From the NCBI GenBank assembly GCA_002269645.1, contig NIVC01000723.1:186001-250000 (forward strand): a stretch of 64,000 nt of DNA, written 5' to 3'. Position 1 is the first letter of the stretch; each line of letters starts with the position of its first letter. Positions 26,419-39,906 of the stretch are shown piece by piece. Under the pieces are notes generated by a model that ran no database searches, was not told the origin of the DNA, and worked only from the letters and a program-made list of their open reading frames with translations. A program made the position numbers and the translations under genes. The DNA is from Macrostomum lignano (taxonomy: Eukaryota).

Positions 26419-28719
26419 GACTGTCTGTCGCAGGCCGGCACCCACCTGAACAATCCCACCCGCCAGTCCCGAGCCTGCACAGCAAAGTATGACGTCATCG
26501 GCGCCAGCGGACCCCCGGAGCACCAGGCCGGCGGCTGGCCGTAGCCGCGCAGGCTGTAGTTGCGCGCCAGGGCGAGCGCCAAGAGGCCCGGCTCCAGCGG
26601 CTGCCCCTCCGCGGGAGTAGTCCAGCAGAAGGAGAGGCCCATCGCCAGCTGGTGCGCCAGGAACCCGGAGCAGGCAGCGGCCGACAGGGCACCGGAGCGG
26701 AGCGCCACCTGATTGGTGATGGTGGATTGAATGCATTGCGAGCTGGGGTGCCATGGAGATGGAAAGGTTCGGGTGAACTGGGGAGATTGGGGAATCACGG
26801 GAATGGGAGATTGGGGAATCACAGGGGAATGGGAAGATGGGGGAATCACAGGGGGAATGGGAGATTGGGGAATCACAGGGGGGATGGGAGATTGGGGAAT
26901 CACAGGGGGGATGGGAGATTGGGGAATCACAGGGGGGATGGGAGATTGGGGAATCACAGGGGGGATGGGAAGATTGGGGAGTCACAGGGGAATGGGAAGA
27001 TTGGGGAGTCACAGGGGAATGGGAAGATTGGGGAGTCACAGGGGAATGGGAAGATTGGGGAGTCACAGGGGAATGGGAAGATCGGGGAGTCACAGGGGAA
27101 TGGGAAGATTGGGGAGTCACAGGGGAATGGGAAGATTGGGAAGTCACAGGGGAATGGGAAGATTCGGGAATCACAGGGGAATGGGAAGATTGGGGAATCA
27201 CAGGGGAATGGAAAGATCGGGGAATCACAGGGGAATGCATCCGGGCCAGTCCTCTCGCTATACCTCGGTACTCACCATGACGATTTCCTGCCAGCGTCGC
27301 CGGCGCCAATTAGTTGCTATGGCAACGCAGGCCGGGGCGGCAACCAGCAGAGCGTTGGCCAGCCCGTTGGACCGAGCGAGTCCCGCAGCGGCCAGAGCCA
27401 GCCCGGCCTCCAGGTGCTGACCCCGCCGCAGGCAGGACAGAGCCCACAGGCTGCACAGCAGGTGGGCGGGCTCATAATAGAAGGCCACAAAGAAGGGAGT
27501 GGCAGGTGACACGGACAGCAGGGTCAGAGCGGCCAGGCGAAGGCCGGGCCGGCCAGGATAATACAGCTCAGTCAGGTGCCAGAACAGGTGGACGCACAAC
27601 AGGTGCAAACAAAAATTAACGCAATAACAAGCCAACAGAGTGACAGTTGTTTCCGTTGCTAGGCAACCGTATTGTTGGTTGCTAAGCAGTAGGATTAGAG
27701 GAAATCTAACGGCCCGGCAGAGCATGGGGTAGAGTGGAAAGAACACGACAGAATGATCGATGACGTAACCTCGACGGGCGATGAGGACAAAGTGCACCGA
27801 GTCCCAGCGGTGGTAGCCGTCCAGAAGGAGGCGCAGGACCCAGCCGACTGGACTGGGCTCTGGCTGCTGTTCCTCGACCGACTGAGGCTCGTAGTCGGCC
27901 AGCTTGAAGGCGTCGGTATTGTGATCCGGGATGAAGTGGGAGACCGCCTGTGCGGGACGAAACAGAATGGCAGTATGTAGTGTGGGTAAAAGGCAGGAGT
28001 AAATGAACCATATTTTGATGCGTCACTGCCTCGGCATCTAATTAGCAATTGCTTTAATTTAATACAGTAAGAATGTATTTTAGCATCCTAAAAAGATTCT
28101 ATGTTCTATAATATTCATAAAGACAAAATTTGACAGGTATGCTTTTTAGCGCTAACTCAGAGGTTGGCAAAAATTTTTATTCAAATGGCCAGATAAAGAA
28201 TCCAGCTAATGGCTGTGGGCCAGATCAGAGGAGAGGGGAGAGATAAGAGGGAAGAGAGGAGGGGAGAAAAAGGAGAGGTGAGAAAGGAAAGGTGAGAGAG
28301 GAGAGGTAAGAGAAGGAAGGTGAGAGAGGAGATGTGAGGTGAGAGAGGAGATGTGAGGTGAGAGAGGAGAGGTAAGAGAAGGAAGGTGAAAGAGGAGAGG
28401 TGAGAGAAGGGAGATAAGAGGAGAGGGCTGAGAAAGGGGAGGTGAGGACAGGGGAGAGAGGAGGGGAGAGGTAAGAGAGAAAAGCTGAGAAGAGGCACCA
28501 ACCCTGAGTGGGCCGGACTGCTATTTTGAAGTTTCAAGGGACCCAAGGGCCAGATAGAGGCTTAGTAGACTAGACTAGAGTTTGCCAACCCAAGCTAACT
28601 GAAGGCTTAAAAGATATATTTATAATTATAGTTAGCAAATTTACCTGAATGGCCAAAGATACAAATCGAACAAAGATGATTAAATGAAATTTTCTTGGCA
28701 CTTTGGAGAGCAATGACAT
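25846..28719 (-). CDS. PIGV: GPI mannosyltransferase 2 (PIG-V), about 485 aa, 4 exons
   Basis: Exons 28719-28645, 27947-27276, 26708-26446 and 26293-25846 (phases 0, 0, 2). Motifs: LAIQ|AVSHFIPDH, RWDSVHFVLIARRGY..FFPLYP, ARSNG, PPAWC, GLFSYYEWRQAPNFLLAAP. Confidence 0.93.
26780..27237. repeat. 26-28 bp G-rich minisatellite in PIG-V intron 2
   Basis: Unit ggggaatcacaggggaatgggaagatt, direct reading. Confidence 0.94.
28225..28490. repeat. GA-rich low-complexity tract in PIG-V intron 1, bounded by short inverted ggttggcaaa / tttgccaacc
   Basis: Direct reading; the inverted decamers are at about 28163 and 28580. Confidence 0.7.
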
Positions 28720-29034
28720 TGTGTTTTTATTGCTGAAATATATCAAATATATTCATGTTAAGCTAAATTATAAAATTTCTCAAAGCAGAAGTAATAAAAC
28801 TTAACTATCTAGTTGCTTGTCATAAAAAAAGATGCATGATTGAACTCCTTTTACATTGAAGCTGGTAGCGAAAATGTAGGCCTAGGAAAAAGTTTTACAA
28901 ATATTTTTTAATACAATTAGGGGGCCTAATATTGTCATACATTGTCTTCCTTTACAAAATCCAAACTTGTGTCAACTAGTTATTAAAAGTTGCATCAATA
29001 TTAGAATTTAACTGACTAATTCTGTTTAGTCTAT

Positions 29035-29690
29035 ATTAGGGTTTGCAATCCTGGGATTAAAATTTGTTAGGATTTACTGGGATTATCCATGGCCGGGATT
29101 TGGGATCCCAGGATTAAAATATGTGAATCCCAGGATTTTTTGGGATCGATAAAGAGAGGTCCCAAATCTCGGGACAAAGTTTTGTTATTATTTTTATTTA
29201 AAATGTTGAAATTTGAACATAATTGGGTCCACAAGTATGTTATTATACTGTGCTAATTTCTATTAATTGAGTCATGTTGCGTGGCACCTTTTTAAGCCCT
29301 GCATTAGATTTAAATGTGCAAGTTATTTCAATTTAAATTTTGATATTTTATTTGCCTCTTTACTACTAATTAGAACCTTTATACTACTTACTCAAATATG
29401 TCACAAGATAATGCTGTTTTTCATTTATAAACAGATCATTAACTCTATAACAGTCAAAAATGGAAGCAAAAAAATGCTTAGCACATATTTTGTCTTAAAA
29501 TTGCAACCTAGAAGCTTAAAAATCTGTATTTTTCTGATCCTGGGATTGGCCAAATTTTGGGATTAAATCCCAAGAACCTGGGATTATAAATACTCAGGAT
29601 TTATCGGGATTGATAATTCTGGGATTATCCATGGCTACGATATCCCAATCCTAACAATCCTGGGATTGATAGAAGACTGGGATTTTGCTA
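29035..29690. repeat. Dispersed ctgggatt/atccc-rich repeat clusters, possible DNA-transposon remnant
   Basis: Two clusters (about 29040-29180 and 29535-29690) of recurring (c)tgggatt around an AT-rich core. Confidence 0.4.
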
Positions 29691-30725
29691 GGCCTATCTT
29701 TATTCTATATAGATTGTAGGCTTATTGTTTTAAAAAATCATTTTTTAACTATTTGCTTATAACTTTTGCAACTAGTTCTGTTGTATACCCTTATTTTTGC
29801 AGATTAACTTAAGATTTAAAGAGAGAAGTTAACCCTTTTTGGACCCTTTGATAACTTTGACAATAGCAATTGAGATTTAAAGAGAAAAATGAACACATTT
29901 AGCAACTTTGATAATAGCCTTTGGAATTGAATTAGAACACTTAGGATAGCATTAGTAGTACTATCTTTTGAATATAGATAGGGGCCTAAGAGAAGTTTAT
30001 CCTTAGCTAGCATAGGCCTAGCATTAGTGATAGCAGTAGAATTATTAGAGATAGAAGAATAGGCCTATAGACTAATAATGATTTATATATAAGACTATAT
30101 TTTTAATTATTAAAATGTACATTGATAGTAAATATATTCTTTATTATATAGGCCTATACTTAGATAAAATTGTATAATTTATGGTAGTATATTTATATAG
30201 TATAAAATTAGGAATTCTAAAAATGAGGCACTTGGGGATTCTATAAGTTTTCATTTTTTTGTAATAGGCCTAGTATTAGTAAGGCAGCAAGGCCTTGTCA
30301 CGATGTTTGATGTTGGCGTAGCGGCTAACTATGGCTAGGACCCTTAAAAGGGCCGTTTTGACAAGCGTTGCAGTAAGTCATAGTTCCAAAATAAGTTGAA
30401 GTCAACTTTTGCAAAGCGGATTGTGTAGCGGAGCACTTGGCAATAAAGGCAGGAAACTGCCGTAGTTGTTTTATTGTTAAATCAATATTAGGCTTGGTTA
30501 TTACTGTCAATACACAAACTATAGCTTCTGGGCACTGGCGGCTGCAACAATGGTTTTGAATATAATTGGAGATGAAGTCAAGTGACAGACGAGTGATGCG
30601 ATGGCGACGTAACGTGATGAGCAATGGCAATGAGCACAGTGAAGGCGGTGGGACACAGTAGGCAGGATTGGCGTCAGCCGTGGCGTGAGATAAGGAGGCT
30701 CGAGGCAGCCAGACAGAGAACAAGG

Positions 30726-31352
30726 CCATACTCCGGAAGGTGACTGGTACGCCGGAGATTTCCGGCGTACCAAATGAGTTTTCCGAAAAATTGGCGTACC
30801 ACCATTGGCGTACCACCGATTCGAAAAAGCATTTGGCGTACCACCTTTGGCGTACCACCAAGCTGAAGTTGAATTGGCGTACCACTTTTAGCGTACCATT
30901 GGCACCACCAGGCAAAAAAATCGTTGCCAGAGTAAAAACTTTTTGTAATTTTGCGTAAATTACGACATACAAGATACGACTACATCACACGACAATGTAT
31001 TTTACGTAAAAAATTGCATATATTTTTTCCTGCATTGTATAACTTGATTAATCATTTTATAAATATATTAATAAAATAATTTAGCCTAGTATTATTGGTA
31101 AATAAATTTCTGAGCGCTGATTATATCTGTTATTTTTTAATAATTGTTAAAGTTTGTCCGCCATATTTTTACCGTTTTCAAAGTCAAAATGTTTATTATT
31201 TCTTTCGTACTAACATTAACATACGATTTTTAGTGCCGCAACGTTATACACTGAGGGACCCCCACGTCTTTCTTTTGGCGTACCACTGGCGTACCGCTTG
31301 GGAATCCTCCTTTTTCCTTCCGGCGTACCACATTACACCATCCGGACTATGG
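30726..31352. mobile_element. 627-bp non-autonomous DNA transposon (MITE) with imperfect TIRs, 8-bp TSD and tggcgtacca subterminal repeats
   Basis: TSD gaacaagg at 30718-30725 and 31353-31360. The left end is ccatactccggaaggtg..tggtacgccgga; the right end reverse-complemented is ccatagtccggatggtg..tggtacgccgga. Confidence 0.88.
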
Positions 31353-32889
31353 GAACAAGGCAGACGAGCCTAAGGAGAGAGAGAGAGCAAAACCAGGAAA
31401 GAAGGAGGAGAGAACACAAGCAGGCCCGTGAAGCCCCCAGCCCGCCAGGCGAGGGTTAATAAAGGAGCGCAGAGGGGGGGGGGTAGCGCGAAGCACGAGC
31501 GGTTTTCATTAGCTGGCTAAAAAACTTAAAATTATTAATCGTGCCAGTTTTCTACGGTCGCATGAAAGGATAGCAAAATGCGCAGTGAGTTAGCGATAAG
31601 TACAAATTCATTGGGCACTACTACAAGTAAACGTTAAAATAAACGATTGGAGAAATTGTAGAGGGGCTGCAGTCTAACGGCCCTTTTCGGGACCACTTAA
31701 ACTGACAACGTCACAGCCTAGCTAAATCTCACAATGGTTAAACTAGACTAGATAGACACTTGTATTATTAAAATAAATAATCATTGGCATTTATACATTA
31801 TCAAATTTCTGCACACTTCTGTTTACTCTAATAAATACTTTAAATAGCTGATGCAAGAAAAAACTTCTATGCCAATCAAATAAAATTGAAAACAGTCAAA
31901 TAGATAATTTAAATTGACGCTTTTTTATAAAGCGCGTTGAATGATGCACTAGCGCGCATTATCCATTCTACTCAGACCAAATATGTAAGGTCCATAGCGT
32001 CTATACGGTAGGGTAGGCGTGTATGAGTGAGAGTGACACTGATAGAGACATTAAGCCTTAAGGTATAATAAAGCAGCAGCGCGATCGACCCGCGACAGAT
32101 CGGCACGAAACGATTTTAAATAACCATAAGGTGTTGTGAGAAGGTATTAACAAAACACTTAACGAACAATGCCACAACAGAAGCAAAAAGAAACTACTGT
32201 TCAGCAGATATAGTTCAATAATATTTTTATGCGATATGGCATACCTCAAAATAAACAGTGCAGAATTCTGTGCAGATTTATTCGAACCAGTACACCATGA
32301 CAGTATTGAAACCAGTATATGATAAGCCTAATAGCTTAGAAAGGGGCTCATGATTATTACATGTTGATTAAATCTGAAAAAATAAATCAAGTATGAATAA
32401 AGAGAAACTACGCTCGTAATTACACAGACTTTTTTCATTTTTCAATTGTCAATTGAACATTGTCGATTCTGCCTACAAATGACAAAGTAACCTGTATACA
32501 CCCATTTTTAGTGCTGGTGCGAAGTTTCCGCAAGCAAACGTTGTACCAGGGGCATCGCCATGGATTTTATGGTGGGGGGGGGGAGGGACAAAAGCCAAAA
32601 ATACAACATGACTAAATTCCTACATGTACATTTCCATTATTTTGAGAATCGTGCAGTGTTATGTCAGCGCTCATTTTGGCGCCGCAGGTACTCATTTTAG
32701 CGCCGCAGGCACTCATGTTGGCGCCGCATGCATTCCTTTTAGCGCGGCAGGCACTCATTTTTGCGCCGAAGGCCTTGGGCGCCCTGAAGAAAAGTTATTG
32801 ATTACCGCAACGGGTTACTACAAGCAAGGAACTCAAGTAACATATATATAGGACGCTACACTCGAAATCTATGGTAAATGTTTTGAAGG

Positions 32890-33070
32890 CAACTTTTCGC
32901 CGAAAAATACACTACAGAGATAGGAGGTTTTAATTTTTTCAGAACAAAAATCGTTATTGCTTTTGATAGGAGATAGATCCAGTGTTCATCTTTTGATATG
33001 TTGTGCCTTTCTTATTGCCCTTTATCGATATTCATGTACAGCTTTTCGTTCAGAAAATTAGGATTTTATG
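32890..33070. mobile_element. Partial copy of the AT-rich repeat family seen at 13740-13920
   Basis: Shares aaaaatacactac..ttattgcttttgataggag..agatccagtgttcatcttttgatatg..gtgcctttcttattgc with 13745-13870. Confidence 0.7.
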
Positions 33071-33449
33071 TCCCCCTGTCATCCCGGTGGCGACGCGCCT
33101 GCGTTGTACTATTATCACTACACATATGTACTTAATAATATGTGCGAGTATGAAAATGCACCAAGTTGATTCTTCTGCCGGTTTTTCAATTTTTCACACT
33201 ACTCTTTTTATTGATGCGTCAGTGCCAGCAATCTTCACCATCGCTTGCATGGAAACTAAGCTCATGGTTCCGTTTGTGAACGTTACTAAGAATTTTCTTA
33301 ATTGTGAATTGTTAAACAGCTCAATAAATTATTAATTAAACGATCGAGGATTGTATTTTACACGCAATCTGTTTAAGTTCCATGCGTACGTGCTTAGTTT
33401 GAAATTTTTTAGCAAGCGATCAAATAGAACTGCTTACCTGCCCGCAGAG

Positions 33450-36127
33450 ATGTCGAGCGACGTTGAGCCGATCGATAAAGTAGGAAAAGTTTCTGCTCCA
33501 TCAAATACGGCCAGTGAAGGTAATAAAAGTGTATGATCAATTATTGTAGTTGCGTTAAAATTATAGGCTCTATTGCTTTCAACCCGGACAATGTATTTAG
33601 AACTCCTTAATAGTAGCCATGCAGTGCTGCCTCCTGTGAAAACGCACGTTGTATCAACAGAATGTTTGATTTTCCCTCTGTGTATTCGGTTCTGACGAGA
33701 GAGAGAGAAGAGAACGGAGGGGAGAACAGAAGAGGAGAGAGGAGAGGTGAGAGGGGAGGAGAGTGGAGAGGAAAAGAGCAAGATAGTGCAGGCAGACAAA
33801 GGAAAGAAAGGAGTAAGTCAAAGAAAAAATGCGTAAAATTGCCAAGGGTTTGCCGACTCCCTTGGGTTAAATGGTTCTTCAAAGACCTGCTGTACTGCAT
33901 TGCATCTACGCGAGCGACTTAGTCGAGACAGTTTTGGCAGTTACCAATTCTTCTGCGCCAAATATTCAGTTCTCATAATTAAACATGCAAAATGTGTCTG
34001 TACGCTGTTTCGCTTGTTTTGCTTGTTAAACCAGAGCCTCTGTGCTAAGGCACGCAGCAGGGGGCGAGTGTTGCTCTAACAATTCGCATGGATACATGCA
34101 TGAATGTGTGTGTAGTCAAACAGTTTTGCCACAAGCAAGCGAAAGTATATATATATATATGATTGTGAATAAGATGAAAGCAGAGACAAACAGACTATAA
34201 GTTAGTGTTAACTCGAGTGAATCTATAGAATGACGGAGGCTGCAGAAGCTCCAGAAGATTTCGCCCTTGTTGAAGAATCCTTAGACTTGCTGAGTGAGAC
34301 ATGACTGCTGCCTTAAATTTAATCATTCGTACAATGCGATATTAGAGTTGAATTGCACGTAACTTCTCATTGTTTACTTGTCAATACCCTCTGACAGAAA
34401 AGTGCAGGTCAGTGTTTCAACTGTTCAACCGGGGCTCGGACAGCATGCTCACCAGAGACCTCGGGTCCGCTCTGCGCGCTCTGGGCCAGATACCCAGCGA
34501 TCAGGAGGTGGAGATGATCGCCTCAAAGCTGGAGCAGGATGAAATCTATGACAAAGGTTCGGGCTTATCTTGTTGGCTCTCTCTGTTTTGTTCAGACAGT
34601 GTGAAATGAATATTCCCTGGAGGGCTGTAGACACCTTGACGCAACGATTTTTTTAGGATACACAAAAATCTCCTTTGACGACTTTCATCGTGTTGTACAA
34701 GAGAATTGCGAGAGAAAAGACGACATCAGAGAAATGGTCCTCGACTCGTTTAAGGTGAGTCTTGATCAGTCAGTCAGTCAGTCAGTCAGTCAGTCAGTCA
34801 GTCAGTCAGTCAGTCAGTCAGTCAGTCAGTCAGTCAGTCAGTCAGTCAGTCAGTCAGTCAGTCAGTCAGTCAGTCAGTCAGTCAGTTAGTCAGTCAGTCA
34901 GTCAGTCAGTCAGTCAGTCAGTCAGTCAGTCAGTCAGTCAGTCAGTCAGTCAGTCAGTCAGTTAGTCAGTCAGTCAGTCAGTCAGTCAGTCAGTCAGTCA
35001 GTCAGTCAGTCAGTCAGTCAGTCAGTCAGTCAGTCAGTCAGTCAGTCAGTCAGTCAGTCAGTCAGTCAGTCAGTCAGTCAGTCAGTCAGTCAGTCAGTCA
35101 GTCAGTCAGTCAGTCAGTCAGTCAGTCAGTCAGTCAGTCAGTCAGTCAGTCAGTCAGTCAGTCAGTCAGTCAGTCAGTCAGTCAGTCAGTCAGTCAGTCA
35201 GTCAGTCAGTCAGTCAGTCAGTCAGTCAGTCAGTCAGTCAGTCAGTCAGTCAGTCAGTCAGTCAGTCAGTCAGTCAGTCAGTCAGTCAGTCAGTCAGTCA
35301 GTCAGTCAGTCAGTCAGTCAGTCAGTCAGTCAGTCAGTCAGTCAGTCAGTCAGTCAGTCAGTCAGTCAGTCAGTCAGTCAGTCAGTCAGTCAGTCAGTCA
35401 GTCAGTCAGTCAGTCAGTCAGTCAGTCAGTCAGTCAGTCAGTCAGTCAGTCAGTCAGTCAGTCAGTCAGTCAGTCAGTCAGTCAGTCAGTCAGTCAGTCA
35501 GTCAGTCAGTCAGTCAGTCAGTCAGTCAGTCAGTCAGTCAGTCAGTCAGTCAGTCAGTCAGTCAGTCAGTCAGTCAGTCAGTCAGTCAGTCAGTCAGTCA
35601 GTCAGTCAGTCAGTCAGTCAGTCAGTCAGTCAGTCAGTCAGTCAGTCAGTCAGTCAGTCAGTCAGTCAGTCAGTCAGTCAGTCAGTCAGTCAGTCAGTCA
35701 GTCAGTCAGTCAGCCAGTCAGCCAACCAGTCAGTCAGTCAGTCAGTCAGTCAGTCATCCCAACTCCAGGCCATGGATCTCAAAGCCAGCGGTCTGGTGGA
35801 CGCCGCCCAGCTCTCATCGCTGCTCACTGGCTCAGGTGAGGCATTGACTCAAGCGGAGATGAAGGAGCTGCTTCAGGAAGCTGGAGTTAACAAGGACGGA
35901 AAGATTGACTACTCAAGTGAGACGGAATTTCTGAATATAGCTCGTATGCTAAGAAGATGTTTGACTACATTCAATCTACTACTCACAAAATACGAATTTC
36001 AGGATTCGTTGAGCAGCTGCTGCAGTTTGAAATGGCTCAGACTGCTGCTCCCGCTGCAAAGAAAGAGACGGTAGATGAGGCCAAGCCGAAAGAGAACAAG
36101 AAGGCCAAGGGCAAGAAGAAAAAATGA
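33450..36127 (+). CDS. Calmodulin/myosin-light-chain-like EF-hand protein with Lys-rich tail and two candidate first exons
   Basis: First exon is 33450-33519 or 34230-34293 (both phase 1). Then 34398-34556 (VFQLF..LGSALRALGQIPSDQEV), 34657-34754, 35769-35916 (GEALTQAEMKELLQEAGVNKDGKIDY) and 36003-36127 (RFVEQL..KKAKGKKKK*). Confidence 0.88.
34765..35755. repeat. About 1-kb (AGTC)n microsatellite in EF-hand gene intron
   Basis: Direct reading. Confidence 0.98.
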
Positions 36128-36344
36128 ATAACTTGCTTTTTTTGTTTGTTTTCGCTAGCATAAAACTTTTGTATATGCAGAGAGAACAATATCTCAGTGT
36201 GTATCTCAGTCTGCTGTTCATGACTTTCAAGTCTGTGTTGAGAAAAAATAAAACCTGCCCGACACACTGGTATAACAAAGTATTTATTGTACGAGAATAC
36301 CGATTTTAAACAGCCTTCTAAACAGCAATAAATGATGGCTTTTG

Positions 36345-36885
<541 letters not shown>

Positions 36886-37992
36886 GTCAAATCTCTTCAA
36901 TGCACACAAATGGTGAGTTGTTGTCTCCCAAATACTTTTTGCCCACTTTGGAGTTGATTTCCTGGAAATTATCTGAGTATCACGGAGGATTTGGTTAGAA
37001 TCCAGTTTTACCTAAAATACATGTAGTACCACTCAGAGTGTAAATTCCTTATCAAATTTATTTTTAACAGTGAGTCACAGTGAGAAGAGTCGGAGTCGGC
37101 TAGCAGCACAAGTCCCGAGACCGATCCTTAAGAAACGCTGAAAAAAGGTTCTCGTAAGTGTCTGAACAAGCATCCAAGTTGTTTAATAATAAATGGAGCT
37201 CCCTGGTGAGCTCAGGGTGTATGCGACGCAGTGCTGATGAACAAAACAATGACATAGCTACGGGGGGTCCGACGAAGAATCTATTATAGAGTTTCATAAG
37301 TGTGTAGGCATTAATCCAAACACACACGCTGGCGCTGTATAAACAGACAGAGAGGTTTAGGCTAAGCGCTAAGCCTATAACTATTATAGCGCGCGGTGAA
37401 AGTGGAAGAGATGCCAAGTTTTTGAACCGAAGAATCTGCAGGCAGAGTGAGCGAGCGGGAGAGTGAGTAAGAGAAAATAGAGATGCTGGACTTATGGCTC
37501 ATTTCCGACGTGCCACACCGCCTTTCATTTTACCGGGGGGGGGAGGCACAATAGCGAGAGAGCGCGGAATCGTCCCCACCAAAATGAGCTTGTCACTCAA
37601 GCGGTTCAGCCAACACTTTCACTCGGCTCTGGGCTTTTAAGGACGAAAGAGGAGGCTACACGGAGTCGGACTGGGGGAGGGGGAGAGGCAGAGGGAGACA
37701 GACAGACACACGGCGAGCTTACAAGCGACTGCAGCCCGTTAGACAGTTGGGTCGGGCGGCCCGGTTCTATCTGAAGTATAAGAGAAGAGAAGAATGCACG
37801 ACCCCCCCCCCCTGCAGCCCCAGTTTTACTGTGGAATAGATAAGAGAGGCCTAAGCTCTGCCAGAATAAAAGAGTAGTTTCGGGCTAGTTGAGGACCTGT
37901 CCTAATAGGTCTAAGCCAAAAGCCGTTATAAATGTACCTGTGCAGATCCAGCTGATTAAAAAGGACGTCGAAGAAGCGTTGAAGAATTCAGC

Positions 37993-39165
37993 ATGCAGGC
38001 AGCAGCAACAACAGCGGCGGCGGATGCACTGCTGATGCTACTCTTTGTGCTGCTAGCAACACGTTCAGCTGGAGTGCAGCTGCCGCCGAATCAAGCTGAC
38101 GAAGCTCAAGCAGTTGTGAGGTACGAGAAAGGCGACTGCATCTACGAGACCATCGCCTGTCTGTACGACGACAGCTGCGGGCCGCTGCTCCGCACGGTGT
38201 ACGCCTACTGTTACGAGACTGACGGCTATCTCCGAGATCGGCCGGACGGGTCCAGGCTGCAATGCGACTCCTCCTGCTCGGTGCTCCTGTCGCTGTTATT
38301 CAACACTACTGGCGGAGCCCGCCTGACTCAGTGCAACTACAGCGGCAACGAGTTCTGGACTCAGATCGTCATACACAAGCGGCGAGCCTGCGCCGGCCTG
38401 CTGGAGAAAACCGACGCCTTGCTGCGACGCGAGTTGGATGGAGAAATCCGAACTGATTGCTGGCTGGCTGGGCTGCTGTGCGCCAAGGACTTCGCCTGCC
38501 GGTCGACTCTCACAGCCGTGCTGGACCTGCCGTGCTACGACGGACCCTGCAGCCAGGACTGCGCCGCTCGGCTCAGCAACTTTGCTAAAGACTTTGGCCA
38601 CATTTTCCACACATTCCTGAGCTGCTTGTGCGGCCCGGACCTGGCAGCCGCCTGTCCTCAACCGGTGCCTGGTGATTACCTTGGCAACCGAAGCGCCGCA
38701 CTCGACCAAGTTGCATTTGTATCGCCGCTGGACGGTCTGATGACTCAGCTGGGCAGGGGCGCCATCCGCGAGCACATGCGAGACATTGTCTGGCTGCTGA
38801 AGGTGTTCGAGCATCCGTTCTACTGTCGCAGCATGAAGACAATCATCAGCGAAGCAACCTGCCTGCCGCCGGTGAGCAGACAGCCTACAGTCGATGAGCC
38901 GCTTTGCACCATTGAGCCGGTGTACGAACTGCCCGAAACGACAACTGTTGCTAACCAGCTCACCACCGATGCCAGTTCTCAGCAAGCTGTCCCTAGCTCA
39001 GATCCAACGACAACTGTTGAGCAACCTTACACTGACAAACCGAAGAGTGCCTCTGTGGACTCAGCGACTCCAGTTGCCAGCGCCTGCGGCAGATTCCGCA
39101 CAGACTGGGAAACTGCCAATCTAATCACAGTCAGCGTTTTGATATTTTTGACAACGAAGTTTTAG
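37993..39165 (+). CDS. GAS1/GDNF-receptor-alpha-like Cys-rich, probably GPI-anchored surface protein, intronless, 390 aa
   Basis: Signal peptide. Two repeats with Cx6Cx5C..C..Cx3C..L..C spacing typical of GAS1/GFRalpha domains (e.g. LLFNTTGGARLTQC resembles GAS1 LNHTRRGPALEDC). T/S/P-rich stalk and a hydrophobic C-terminal tail. Confidence 0.7.
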   Translation: MQAAATTAAADALLMLLFVLLATRSAGVQLPPNQADEAQAVVRYEKGDCIYETIACLYDDSCGPLLRTVYAYCYETDGYLRDRPDGSRLQCDSSCSVLLSLLFNTTGGARLTQCNYSGNEFWTQIVIHKRRACAGLLEKTDALLRRELDGEIRTDCWLAGLLCAKDFACRSTLTAVLDLPCYDGPCSQDCAARLSNFAKDFGHIFHTFLSCLCGPDLAAACPQPVPGDYLGNRSAALDQVAFVSPLDGLMTQLGRGAIREHMRDIVWLLKVFEHPFYCRSMKTIISEATCLPPVSRQPTVDEPLCTIEPVYELPETTTVANQLTTDASSQQAVPSSDPTTTVEQPYTDKPKSASVDSATPVASACGRFRTDWETANLITVSVLIFLTTKF

Positions 39166-39386
39166 AAAAAATTGCACTTCGCGTTTGACATTTAAATATA
39201 ACACTATTTTTACTATCAATGCTACTTGAAGTACTTTGCCGAGCATTTTGAAATGTCTGACTCTCGCGCCAAATAACCCATGCGCAAACACATTGATTTA
39301 ATTGGGGCTTGTGTGCATGATAATTATCCATGAGGGTTGCCGTGCGATTCACAGCCATCAGGGCTGACCACCTACGAACAGAGTGT

Positions 39387-39617
39387 ACACTCACTCACTC
39401 ACTCACTCACTCACTCACTCACTCACTCACTCACTCACTCACTCACTCACTCACTCACTCACTCACTCACTCACTCACTCACTCACTCACACTCTCACTC
39501 ACTCACTCACTCACTCACACTCTCACTCACTCACTCACTCACTCACTCACTCACTCACTCACTCACTCACTCACTCACTCACTCACTCACTCACTCACTC
39601 ACTCACTAACTCACTCA
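39387..39617. repeat. (ACTC)n microsatellite
   Basis: Direct reading. Confidence 0.98.
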
Positions 39618-39906
39618 TGAGAGTGAATAAAAGGGTAATAAAAGCATTGTTTGCAATCCTATTTGCAAATGTACACACGACCGAGTGTACAGACTGTCTG
39701 ACACCTACTACGCCTTGTTTCTAAAAATAGCCTTCCAGCTAACCAGCCACCCCAAACCCCCTCTTCCACGCTGGAGATTTCAAGCCAGGAGGGCGACATA
39801 GCTTGATAAATGCACCCAAATCTTGAATTAGGAACGTCTCAGCCAACTCAACTTCGCTCCAAAACAGCAACAAAAGCAAAACGAAAGCAAAGAGAATATA
39901 GATACG

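Noticed and set aside
27313-27326. Perfect X-box sequence
   Set aside because: It lies inside PIG-V exon 2 (antisense to VAIATN codons) and is probably coincidental.
30325-30972. 215-aa minus ORF
   Set aside because: It spans the MITE boundary and its subterminal repeats, so it is a chance open frame with no transposase motif.
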